Below are positions 36,040-48,198 of a stretch of 64,000 bases of DNA, one piece after another. Both the position numbers and the translations under genes were made by a program. The stretch lies in contig NC_068982.1 of the NCBI RefSeq assembly GCF_001194135.2, positions 144,141,978-144,205,977 on the forward strand. The letters run 5' to 3'. How positions within the stretch are numbered: position 1 is the stretch's first letter; each line of letters starts with the position of its first letter. Source of the stretch: Octopus bimaculoides. Taxonomy: Eukaryota. Below the pieces are notes generated by a model, which was not told where the DNA came from, did not search any database, and saw nothing but the letters and a program-made list of their open reading frames with translations.

Positions 36040-39000
36040 AAATGCTGTTGAGATTGCATGTATTGGAAGGGCTGGTTCAAGCAGAATCAAAAACAGACTC
36101 CACTGAGATATAACAAATCTCAGTTGAGATTTGGAAGAATACTACAAAACAAATAGTAGAAAGGTAAAAAAAAAAAATTTTTTTTTAAATTCCTAAATAT
36201 ATAAACAATGGATAAAATAGTTTGATTCTTACATCTGTTCATCATTTAGCAACTATTTGAAAACACCAAGTTATACGAGGTATATTCCCATCTCAATTTA
36301 TTATAAATTTATCCAAAATTGATACAACATTGGCTTTGCCAAAAAACCCATTTTAAACTTTATATACTGCAGTCATTACTTTGCCCGTCCTCAATCACCA
36401 ATATTTAAACTATTACATATTAATTTCTCCTTACATCAACTGACTCCGTAACAGAAAATAAATAATACATATCCATCTGGTTTTAAACCATGAGAATCAA
36501 AATTCAATACAGAGAACAGGGTACACATAATTTTTATTAGTTGTGAAGTTACTTAAGTGATTCAAGGGCCTGGAATTCTGAGCCAAACTATTTGTCAAAC
36601 TGAACAGGATAATTGAATATTCTAGAAAGTATCTTCAAAAACTGTTAAATTGTCATGTGATAAAAGATTTTCAAGATCTACTCACAGATTGATGTATGTG
36701 AAAAGAAACTCAGCTTACATATACACATATCTATGTACACACAATGCATATATATATATATATATATATATAAATATATACACACAATATGTATGTATAT
36801 ATATATATATATATATATCTGTGTGTGTGTGTGTATCAATGTTTTCTCATTTATACTTATTATACTTTTGGGATCAATAAAATAAGCATCAAACACTGGA
36901 GATGATGAAATTAACAAGCCTCTCCCTCAAAATTTTCAGGACTTGTGCCTATAGTAGAAAGAACTATGTGATTATATGAGTATTTGTTTATATTACATGT
37001 AAGCTGAATTTCATTTGCACACATACAATCAGTAAGCAGATTTTGAAATTCCTTATCATCGCATGACAGTTTGATGATTTTTCAAAGAAACTTTCTAGAA
37101 TAGTTACTTTTTAGCTTTTATGTTGTATCATAATGTTGTCTTCAGTTATTTCTATCAAGTTTTCATTTGCAGAATCTTCAATTCCAGACCAGCTTAATTC
37201 ATTGTTAGCATCCTACAAGTCTCTTTCTCAAAATTTCACAAAGCTTCTCAACCTTAAGCTATTGAAGTGAATTCTATTTTAACCATTTAATGTCAGCTTA
37301 ACAGTCAAATCATATCTGAGAGGCGCAAAGACTGATTGGTTAATGTCCTGCACTTGTATCCCTAAAGGTACTTTTTTTTAGCTTCAGGTGGAAACTTTGC
37401 ACTCAAATTGATAGAAGTTAGAAAAACATTTCAATTATGAAATATCTGTCCCCAAACTTTGAAACTAATATTTGAATTTGAAGAACCACTCAATTTATGT
37501 TTACAAAACAACACACACACACACAAAAATCTATACAATCCTTCAAACTGCAGTCGACTCTTGTAGAAACTATCACACGCAATAAGTGCCAAACCTGTCT
37601 CTTTACTACTCAGTCCAGACACACATGAATATCATATACACTCATGAACACTATTCCCAAACATGGTGCTAGGATACACATCACTACTGGTATGTGCAAA
37701 AGAATGACTATTATTGTGCTGTAACAAAGTCTATCTCATCTGTTGCCATTGTGGATTTACAAGCATAGAGATGACATCAACTTGCTAGAAAGAGCAGAGA
37801 AATCTCCTTCAAAATACATCTAACTCTTAAGTAAAGAAACAAAAGATTGTTAAGGCTGGAATGTCTTTGATCAGCCAGAGTTGACCTGAGGTTAAGTATT
37901 ACAGCTATACTGCAATAGACTAGACAGTAGAGAAAACAGGGCATGACTAGAAAGTCACACTGTATGTCATGCGATTAAACATTGGTGAAATGTGTAGTAT
38001 AGCCCTAAGCTAAGTGGAATCATAGTTACATCTAACAATACTAAGCTGGTGCTACACACCAATGACAAAAGCTTGTTATGTGTCTTGTTGGAGATGGTTG
38101 AAAACTATTAACAGACTGTAAAACTCAAGTAACTGGTTTGTGTGACACTGGAGTAACAAATAATTATAATTGTTTCTATAAAAGCCATTTGAATGAGCTT
38201 ACTCAGATTTGTTGATCACATCACCCATCACTATCCAGCATAACATTCAGAAAGTTAGCAGGAAAACAAGCTTGACAAAGATTAGGGTATAGTTTTATAC
38301 TCAATAACTTTAATTTAATTAATTATACCCTAATCAGAATTTGAACTCAGAAGTGAGCATTTTTATCTGATATTATTACTTCTATTGGTTCCACAATTCT
38401 AGAAACAAATATTAAAGATAATGAAGGTATCTCAATGTAACTGCTCAGCTTGCTAGAAATGGCAACCAATCCTTCCACAAAATATGTTGCTCCACTCTCT
38501 TAATAAAGCAAGAATACATAGGATAACATCTTTGGGAAGGATGAAATGGTGATAGTTGATTTGGGGTTAAGATTTGCTTAGTCATGGCTGAGGTTAACAC
38601 TGTCTAACCTCAGTTTAATAAATAATATGGACAGCAAAAAAAAAAACCCCATAAATTTTGTCTACATTGCAAATTTTAAAAAAATGTTATTAAAATTATA
38701 TTTCTTGGCCTATTTAATATTCTCCATTTTTGTCGCTATTTTATGCTGCAACAATGACCAAAACAGTATAATATATATATATTATCATCATCGTTTAAGA
38801 CATGGGTTGACCAGTCTGACAAGAGCTGGTAAGGCTAGGAGCTGCACCCAGAAAGGTTAACTTACTATACCTTATATTTGAAATTTCAACTTATAACACA
38901 GTATTATCATTTTATTCTGCACTCTGCAACAATGACTATAGTACCACTGTAACTCAAACTAAAATAGTGAAAATAATTGGGCGTCCAACAATATGCACCT

Positions 39001-40121
39001 TCCTTTTATTCATTAATAACACTCCTTATTTTTCAAATACTTTTGATTTCATACAACACTGAAGGGCAACTATAGAAAATATATTATTTAACTTTCTGAC
39101 ATGATGATATCACTCAACTTTTAGATTAGTCTCTACTTTCTGATGTTGTCCTTGAAGTTATTGCAATCATTTATCTAAAAATGATTTAGCTCCTTTCCTT
39201 TTTTGTTTTTAATGAGTGTTTAAGCATTGAGTTCTGTGGGTTGAGTGGCTCTTCAAATACATAAATTGGTATTTAATTACATCAGTAGATTTTTAAGAAT
39301 TAGAGATAATTTCTAATTCAGCCACATGACTCTAAATTACTGGAGACCAGTTATTTATAGTACCTTCAAAACAAAACAAAACTAACAACAGCTCAGCATT
39401 TAGTTTAAGGAGAATGTCAATGAGATATTAATCAACCTATTAAATTAGCCATTTCTCTCCCATTACTGGGAAAATGCCTTCCCATTATCTCTTCATAACT
39501 TTTGACTTTTGCATACCCAACCTCCAGTTTTTGTAATAGTGCTAGTGCTTTAGGAGTACTTGCAAATGTTGATATTATACTTGGCTGGTGAAGAGGAGTT
39601 CTTGTAGCACACTGCCCTACTGATCTTAGGAACTGTGGGTGGCATTTTATTTAATTCTGTTCATCCACAAAAAATTGCTATGAAGTTATTGGCTTCTATT
39701 AGTCGTTTGAAGATCTACAGTATCACACTAGTTATATGTCAGCATAGATTGGCAGTCAATCAAATCAACCTCAGTACTTGACTGGTACTCTACCAGCCTT
39801 ACATAGATAAAAGCAAGATGACTTCAATGTAATTTAAACTGAGAACATGAAGAGCCAAAATAAAAACTGCAAAGTAGTTCAACATTATGATTCTGCTAGT
39901 CTACTTTTAATATCATGAAAATGATCACTAAATAGTCTTTGTTCTTTTTTTTTTAACTCGGATAACAGATGTTCAGGGAAATTCCTTACAAGTCACACAT
40001 TTTTGGCATGGGCTGGACAGGATCCAACCAGTTGTTGGACCACAAATTGCTCTAGAGTCTGTTTTGGCATGGTTTCTATGACAGGATGCTCTCCCTCATG
40101 TCAACCAGTTCACACAATGTA

Positions 40122-41229
40122 GTAGGTGCTTTTTCATGGCACCAGCACCAGTGAGATTGTCTTGTAACTAGCAAGACTTAAGAGCCTCATCATCTGATAG
40201 GGAGTATAGTATAGTAGAGAAGGTGGCTTTATGTGAGGTATTGAGGAGTTAAAACATGATGGGAGGGACAGGAACAAGTTTGTTGTTGTGTATAAGATTT
40301 ATGATTAATCTGCATTATATATGGGTGAGAATAGGACTGGAAAGAAAAATGGAAGTGATTAGGTGCCAGAATGTATCCTCAAAGTACAAAAAAGTGAACA
40401 GAGGGGAGCATGGAGACAAAAGATCAGGAAGGGTGGTAGGTAAATATTCTTTTCTACTCTAGGCACAAGGCCTGAAATTTTGGGGGAGGGGGCCAGTTGA
40501 TTAGATCGACTCCAGTACACAACTGGTACTTAATTTACTGACCCCGAAAGGATGAAAGGCAAAGTCAACCTCAGCAGAATTTGAACTCAGAGCATAAAGA
40601 CAGATGAAATACCGCTAAGCATTTTGCCCAGTGTGCCAACGTTTCTGCCAGCTCACTGCCTTAATGGTGAGTAAATATTACAAGAATGAGTGTTTGGTGG
40701 GTACTGAAAGATGGCTAAAAGTAGGGGTGTGTGAATATAACAAATGGCAAATCATGGATGAATTGAGGAGTAAAAATGTCAACAGAAGTGGCTCAAGGAA
40801 GAGGGATGAAGGGATGAGTGATGCAGAGCTTAAGGGTGGGGTGGGGTAAAGGTTGTAAGAGAGTGCAAGATAGAGATAAGAGTGGAGGTAGTCAGAGCTA
40901 TATGTATATAGGGGTAATTATTTTTTATATTATGAAGGAGATGGACTGGCAGAATCATTAGAATGTTGGACAAAAATGTCTTGGGACTGTATGTTCTGGT
41001 TCTTCACATTTATTGTTTAAATCTTGTTGAAGCTAAGTTCATATTTAATCCTTCTTGGAGTTAACAGAATAAAGTGCCTATCAAATACTGAGACTGTCAT
41101 GTTTTAACTCCTCAATACCTCATATAAAGCCACCGTCTCTACTATACTCCCTATCAGAAGATGAGGCTCTTAAGTCTTGCTAGTTACAAGACAACCTCAC
41201 TAGTGTTGGTGCCATGAAAAAGCATCTAC
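40122..41229. repeat. Near-identical inverted repeat pair (40122-40259 and 41097-41229)
   Basis: cttgtaactagcaagacttaagagcctcatc...tgatagggagtatagta...ggtggcttta...gaggtattgaggagttaaaacatga is reverse-complemented at 41097-41229. Confidence 0.9.
40447..40662 (-). mobile_element. Family 2 SINE, near full length
   Basis: Same structure as 7661-7879. Confidence 0.85.
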
Positions 41230-41546
41230 CCACTCGTGTTTACATTTGAAGAGTATTCAGGATTAAATAGTATCTATGAGATCTCTGATTAGTCCTAAGT
41301 ACCTGTACCAACAATGGTAGTGTTTCATTTTATTGTATGTTATGTTTTTGTTGGTTCCCATTCCTGTTTTTTGCACTTGGTGTAAAGCCTCACCATTTTA
41401 TGTGTCATTGAACTGTCCACAATTTGTCACCCTTACAACAATACAAGAAACTATTATTACTATTACTACTACTACTACTATTAGTGCATCAACTTTCCAT
41501 TTACTTCTAGCTATTAAAAAAAAACATCTTTGGTCAGTTACAATTA

Positions 41547-41738
41547 TAATAATAATTCTTTCTACTATAGGCACAAGGCCTGAAATTTCAGGGGAAGGGA
41601 ATCGTCGATTACATCAACCCCAAAAAGATGAAAGGCAAAGTTGACCTCGGCGGAATTTGAACCCAGAACGTAAAGATATGCAAAATACTGCTAAGCATTT
41701 CGTCCAGCATGCTAATGATTCTGCCAGTTCACCGCCTC
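41547..41738 (-). mobile_element. Family 2 SINE with internal deletion
   Basis: ggcacaaggcctgaaatt...gttgacctcggcggaatttgaac...ctgccagttcaccgcc. Confidence 0.8.
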
Positions 41739-41830
41739 CACAACTACAATAATTTCTTTTTTAATAACAGTTACAAAAGCAATAATAACAACAATGATAT
41801 ACATTTTCAAAAAGTTATCAATAGATTTGC

Positions 41831-41871
<41 letters not shown>

Positions 41872-42597
41872 AAAAGAAAAATCTTACCTCCAGATTCTTT
41901 CTTCAAATTTCATTGTAGATGATTAGATGTGTCAATTTTTTTTAAAAACTAACACCAGATTCACCATTTTTTTAATGTACAATAAACAATGTGTGTGATT
42001 GTGTGTGTGTGTGTGTATATCTTTTCTTTTAAACATATATTATTAAAAACATGACTGTTCAAATTTTATCATTTTTGTTAAGCATTTTAAAAAATATTTT
42101 CATATTAACTCTTTATATTTGTGTCATCTACATGCAAGTAACACAGCTCACATCAAGTCTGCACCAACTCCATAAACAAGACCTTAAAATCATCTTCCAT
42201 TGAAGTCATATCAATCTGGTCTTCTTCAACAGTTATAACTTTATCACACCACATAAACAGCACAAAAGCAAAGCTCTTGAAGATGCTTGCCTCACTATTA
42301 CTGAGGATCTCTGCAGGCAAACATATTTTAACATCACTAAGATTATTTTTCTCTTCAGAGCCAGAAAATACTTCAGTCTTAATCTACAAGAAATCTCAAA
42401 TGAAAGAGACTATGGACTACTGCTTTCACATTTGGAATTGTGCTGCTGCTACATGCACATGAACACATGTTAGACCACAACCAGACAAAGATTACTTGTC
42501 AGATGTGTTGTGTCTTCTCTTTATCTCAACAGTTTCTACTTCTCTAAATTACATTATTTACATATGACAGATTTTTGTCCTCATCTTGTTTGTTGTT

Positions 42598-42643
42598 AAC
42601 ACAATGTTTCGGCTGATATACTCTCCAGCCTTCATCAGGTGTC
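42598..42643 (-). ncRNA. Minimal type I hammerhead ribozyme motif, near-intact
   Basis: gacac CTGATGA a ggctg-gagagtatat-cagcc GAAAC ATT gtgtt. The core and stems I and II are intact; one G to A change breaks the AACGTT palindrome. Confidence 0.7.
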
Positions 42644-42880
42644 TTGAAGAAATTTTGAACCTAGGTTCTCATTCCTAAGGTATTTTTTGGTATTATTATT
42701 ATTATTATTATTCAAGTCACTGCCTGGAATTGAACATGGAATCTTGGGGTTAGTAGCCCACTCTTAACCACTATGCCATATGCCCGTGGGCATATTCCAG
42801 GCAGTGACCTGAATAATAATAACAACAACAACAACAATGAAAAATACCTCAGGAATGAGAACCCAGGTTCAACATTTCAA

Positions 42881-42923
42881 GACACCTGATGAAGGCTGGA
42901 GGGTATATCAGCTGAAATGTGTA
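42881..42923 (+). ncRNA. Minimal hammerhead motif, degenerate (stem III and cleavage site deleted)
   Basis: gacac CTGATGA a ggctg-gagggtatat-cagct GAAAT gtgta. Confidence 0.5.
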
Positions 42924-45683
42924 AACAACAAACAAGATGAGGACAAATATTCGTCATATGTAAGTAATGTACATAACCCACCTTTCTTCATACCTGCATT
43001 AACCACTACACCCTGTCTCCCCAAATGTTAGCCCTTTGAAATTCCCTCTCCCTACACATTTGTTTCTCACAGTCGCTGGTTTGCAACAGTTTAAGTCAAT
43101 CACAAACACATTGTGGCTCACAGGACTTTCTGGGTGACATGCTTAAATAAAAGATTACTTTGGATTTTTTCCAGCAGTGGTGCTTGCCCGATGATGAGTC
43201 ATGTCCTGTGTAGCACACTTACTGAAAAAGATTACCCAAGCCTGACTTAGGCAAAACATTAATAGCATCAATCTTACCAGACTTAGAGGGTACAGCCCCT
43301 TCCAGACCAAACTAATAAAACATTTCTTAATCCATTTATGTTCCTAGAACTTTCCCGTCTCATCTTCTAGATGAAGTGGTGATTAATAAGAAACAAAAGA
43401 TCAGTTCCTGATTGCTAAAACTTTAAATCTGGCAATGAGGATATCATCATTAATGTCGTTCTAATGATTCTTGGCAATGATAAAATACTAATAACAACTG
43501 TCAATAATAACCACTCTACATCCTAAAGGTCAGACTGAAGAGATCTAGATTTGTGAATGCACTTATTTTAATTCTTCCAAAAAAATACAAATAAACAAAG
43601 TTGAGAACAGTCATGTTCAAAATAATACATATATATATATATATATATACACACACATACAAGTTTGTGTGGTTTTTAAAGGCATAATATTTAATATCAC
43701 TAATTAAATATGTGCAATGCAATATTCAGTATTTTGTTTTACATTTTGTTACAGAAGATGGCTTTGATTTTAGTAAATATGATTAGGGTTTTTCTTATAT
43801 TCAAGAGAGATTAATGTGAAGGTAAGTGACTAAATTACATACCTTATGATAATGAAAACTAAAATACAATACATCTGGCTTTAAATAATAAGAAAACATA
43901 TCAATTTTGGAGGTCTACTTGTTTAGTAAGTGACTTCAATCTGAGACAGTGTGCTAAAAACCTGAAGTAGTTCACATTGTAGAAGAGTCATTTTAACTAT
44001 CCGAGGGTTATACTGGTAGTGTGTCTGTCACCAAGTTGCAATGATGCACCAAGAATTTTGACAGCTTTTGAACTTTTGAAGAAATAATTGGAAAAGGATT
44101 TTATTTTGTTCATTTTACATCCTTTTTTTTTACTAATGTTAGCATGGGGTTATATGACTATGCTATAAAGTAAGGGATTTCTTCTACCATACAGCTACAA
44201 AGGAACAAGCAAGAAAAATGCCAACGCATTGTGTGAATGACAGGCTTTTGAATTGGAAAGTGGCACACATAAATATATAAAAGGCTTCTTTTTCAGTTTT
44301 CATCAATCAAGTGCACTCACAAGGTTTTGGTTGGTTTGAGGCTCTTCATTCAAGGTGCCACACTGTAGAAAAGAACTTGACATCATGTGATTTGAAAGTG
44401 AACTTGTTAACCACACAACCATTTAATATATCAACATTATTCTTAAGTGGCCATTCATTGCTAGTCAAGATAAGTGAATGATTGGCTTACATGTGGAATA
44501 GTCTAACAATTGGTATAGTGCTTCAAAAACACCACAACACTAGATTATAACTATTTAGGCTCCAGTTTCAAATTCCCATCCACTTGATTTACATCTAAGG
44601 ATAGAGATAGAATAAGATGCAACAGTATAAGTGAACTGAACTGAAATGATTTGCAACAAAGAATGAAACCAGTTTCCTGTTTTGGCTTGCAAAGAACTTA
44701 CTTTTTTGCATATGGTGCTTGCCACCAGAGAAAAATAATTCTTTAAAATATGTAAATAAAAGCAAAAAGCATGTAGAAGAGAGGGTGTATATAACAGATT
44801 CGGTTTCCATTATTTTTTTTTAATATATAATAGCAGTTATAGCAGAATATAGTAAGTTGAAGAATTCTTGCCCTGGTGTCAAATCCTGGTTGTTGTGATT
44901 TCTCTTCTATTTCACTTCATGCAGCTTAAATAATTAGAAAATGTATGAATAACACTCTTAATTTGCATCCTCTTATGTGGTTCAGCCACAAATGTTCAGA
45001 AATAATTTCCCAGTGGACAAATGTGATCTGTTCCTGTATTCCACTAAGATGGTGACAGAGTACTAACATTATCACAATTTTGAAGACTATTTTGCCATGC
45101 TGTGGAGCTTTAATTCTTCTTGCAACCATAAAACTTTTTTTCTTATTGCTTAATCACATTCATTATCTCCATACTCTATAGCTTGTATGAGTTGGTTTTA
45201 TAAATTCAAATATCAGAAGAAAAGTTTTATAACAAGAGGTTTCTCATAAGATTGGTTAAGTTACCTGGTAAATATGAAAGCCATAGAGAAACATACACTT
45301 CCAGTAAGTAGCATGTGATGAAATCTATGCAACAGAGTTTGAAACTATAAAAATATTTCAGCAACCAAAGCAATTTACTATCATTGTATAATTTATATTA
45401 TACAAGTGACTGACAGCTGATGTGGTCCTCTCAAAATAAACATTCTTGTTATTGTTTGTAGGTCAGTCGTCAGTTAGCAATGTACACACACACACAAAAT
45501 CACAAAGCATGCACTGAAAAGTTCAAAAGTAGCAGACAAGGTTTTTTTATTTTTTACCTTAATACTGAACGGGAGGTATTTATTTAAGGGAATCACAATA
45601 ATAATACTGTATGAGTCAAGCAAATTTGTTTGGAATTCCCTAAATGACATGGTTCTCATAATAACCAGTGATATAAGTCATAC

Positions 45684-45792
45684 CTGGTCTAGTTTATAGA
45701 GTGACAGACTATTTGCTGAAAGGTTGATGGCTTCCTCCAGGCCACTGGAATTAGCACAGCCAATGCAGTTAACTCTCACTGGCTCAGATATT
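45684..45792 (-). CDS. Candidate internal exon, possibly the next exon of the minus-strand scaffold gene
   Basis: catgtag| acceptor and CAG|GTATGA donor. Open only in the phase-2 frame, (R)ISEPVRVNCIGCANSSGLEEAINLSANSLSLYKLDQ, which matches the phase-2 end of exon 53743-52289. The polypyrimidine tract is weak. Confidence 0.4.
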
Positions 45793-46414
45793 CTACATGT
45801 ACATACCATGGTTAAATATGTAAAGAAAACAGCATAAATAAATGCTTCATTAGTTTCTTCTTTAACAAAGTTCAGATCTTAAATGCCTGTAAACATGACA
45901 AAAAGTTGTGCATTGCAATGCTGTTTGATCTGTTCTACTTCCACATTGTTTCTGAGCCTTCAGTTACCAATTGATAGCATTTACTTGTCTAATTCTTCAT
46001 TTCATCTATTGGATCTTCCTTCTTTCTCAACAAAATCTGCTGAAAATACCACAGAACGTGATTTCCCCAAAACTGATGAAATTAAGAGTTATCGGTGATG
46101 TTGAAAAAGTTGTGCTCTCTTTTCAAAAATTTGGTGACACTGATATCCTTAACCAGGAAGGAAACAGATCATATATAACTGCATTGTTCTAGTTTATGCA
46201 TCAATGATCACACTTTTCATCTGGTTGCTGTACTATTCAGTTCTCCACGCTTAATTTCAAAGACAACAAACTAGCCAGTTTGGTAACAGTCACTTAGTCT
46301 TGTCTTTTCCATATCCAAGACAAAAGAACTATCAAAAAGCAACTGCTGCTTCTTAGACCTTTATTGTTTGCTACTGTTTTACCATTTATCCATATTATCT
46401 TATATATATAATCA

Positions 46415-46550
46415 TTTAACATCCATTTTCCATGCTGGCATGGGTTGGGCAGTTTGACAGGAGCTGACAAGTCAGAAGACTGCACCAAGCTCTACTGTCT
46501 GCTTTGGCATGGTTTCTACTGCTGGGTGCCCTTCCTAATGCCAAACACTT
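46415..46550 (-). mobile_element. RTE-tail-related fragment
   Basis: atcatttaacatccattttccatgctggcatgggttgg...gcccttcctaatgccaa. Confidence 0.7.
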
Positions 46551-46987
46551 TACAAATACAGATATATCTTCTATATTTCACTTTTGGAATACATTCAATG
46601 CTGCAAATGACATTTTAATGAATCCCATTTTATTTTCATTTCATTCATAGTGGTTGAATATGGTATCTTTTTGCAATAAAAATATTGGCATACAATTGTT
46701 TTTTTTTTGTGTGGTGAAAGTAACAGTTTGTTTTTTTAAAAAAGTAAATCCAGAAACTCCAGAGATGTCCTTTGCTGAAGCTTTTTTTTTTCTTTTTTTT
46801 TTTTTTCAGTATGTAAATTGGTAAAACCATAGATAGACAGATCCATTAAGTAAGGATGTTATAATTTCTTAATTTCTATAAACATCTTCATTTCTTCTCC
46901 AGGCAGCCCTCTCAGCAGCTAAGTTTGATTAGCTTCTCTTTTGCTCAATGTTTAAATAGCTTTGCATTTACTATTACTATTATAATT

Positions 46988-47190
46988 AAGGCAACAAGTT
47001 GGCAGATTCATTAGAACAGGGACAAAATGCTTTAGCAACATTCTGTTTGTGTTTACATTCTGAGTTCAAATTCAGCCAATGTCAACTGAGTCCTTTGAGG
47101 CTCAGGGGTTGATTTAATTGACTATACCACCTGCTCCCTTAAAATTTTAGGCCTTGTGTGCCTATAATGGAAAGGATGATTATTATTATT
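46988..47190 (+). mobile_element. Family 2 SINE, degenerate
   Basis: aaggcaacaagttggcagattcattag...ctgagttcaaattc...aggccttgtg...(ATT)n. Confidence 0.7.
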
Positions 47191-47984
47191 CATAAATTGC
47201 ATATTAAAGGTGTACACTTGTGCGTATACATGCTCTGTTTTAAAGGTAGTTTTATTTCTTAATAGAAAACAATTATTCTTACATGGCTGTCAAGCTGAAG
47301 TAGACTTCACTTCTTCCATTCCTTCAGCTAAATATTGAATTGTGTTATCAAAATGAAGGTTCTGCATTTTATCATCATTGCTAGAAATTCAAGATTACAG
47401 ATGTGCTATTGTTGGCATGTCAGTTCAGTAAAAGACTAACACTGAAGTTTTTTTTTTTAAATATTAAATTACCTTCTTCCTGGTACCACTAACATAGCTC
47501 ACATTTTAATATTCATTTTATAGCTTTTTGTTGTTTTCTTTAAACATTATTTTCTATGTAGTATTTATAATAGTCATAACGTTAAAAAAATAAGGCTCAA
47601 AATCTATAAAACACAGGAGCTGTGAAGTTTAAATACTAGTCCACTAATTCCAAAGTTCATTTTAACCATTTGGGTTTTGTCCCTAAGCATAGTGTCTACC
47701 ACTATTTGCCACAATCTGCCAACCTGATAAATTTATAGGGTACTTGACAATCAGTTAAGGAGTTGATTGTTCATATACTGTCACTGGCATTGTGTTGTAT
47801 ATGACCAAGACATTTAGCTCTCCAAAGATCCAAATAGTGTCATAGGCTAGGAGAGTTTCTCATAGTAAGGTTTGGTTACAGTGTTGAGTTTAATATCCCA
47901 CTGACAGATTCCATATAAAGGAAGTTTTTTTTTTTTTTTTTTTACATGAGGCTAAGCATCAGATCACTGGTCTATAAAATGATG

Positions 47985-48198
47985 TGGAGGTACATGGTTA
48001 GGGTGTTGGACTTACAATCCTAAGATTGTGGTTTCGATTTCTGGACCAGGTGAGGCATTGTGTTCTTGAGCAAAAATCTTTATTCAACTAGTAAAAATGT
48101 GTAATCCTGCAACAGACTTGGTATCCCATCCAGTGGGGAATATATGCACCACGGAAACCAGCCCTGATTCTATATGCCTCAGGAAGGAACTTTTATCT
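47985..48198 (+). mobile_element. Degenerate tRNA-derived SINE
   Basis: tggttagggtgttggacttac...ggtttcgatttc B-box-like segment, then ttgtgttcttgagcaa CORE-like segment. Confidence 0.6.

Larger units (their letters stand above)
42550..42971. mobile_element. Head-to-head inverted dimer of the tRNA-headed, hammerhead-bearing retroelement (locus 2)
   Basis: Palindrome centred on atatgccc-gt-gggcatat (42778-42795). The left copy (-) has the full tRNA-like head at 42785-42712; the right copy lacks most of the head. Outer arms are 42550-42688 and 42840-42971. Confidence 0.8.

Noticed and set aside
39400-39650. Minus-strand open stretch of about 70 codons (CHPQFLRSVGQ...GRHFP)
   Set aside because: It is preceded directly by an in-frame stop with no usable acceptor or early ATG and shows no recognisable homology.
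43183-43255. Box C/D snoRNA-like pattern (ATGATGA...CTGA...CTGA with a ttgcc/ggcaa stem)
   Set aside because: It is short, has no convincing rRNA guide that I can identify, and lies on the strand opposite the only plausible host gene.
45883-46192. Overlapping + strand ORFs of 71-73 aa
   Set aside because: They have no convincing splice sites, start context or recognisable homology, and their lengths are within chance expectation.
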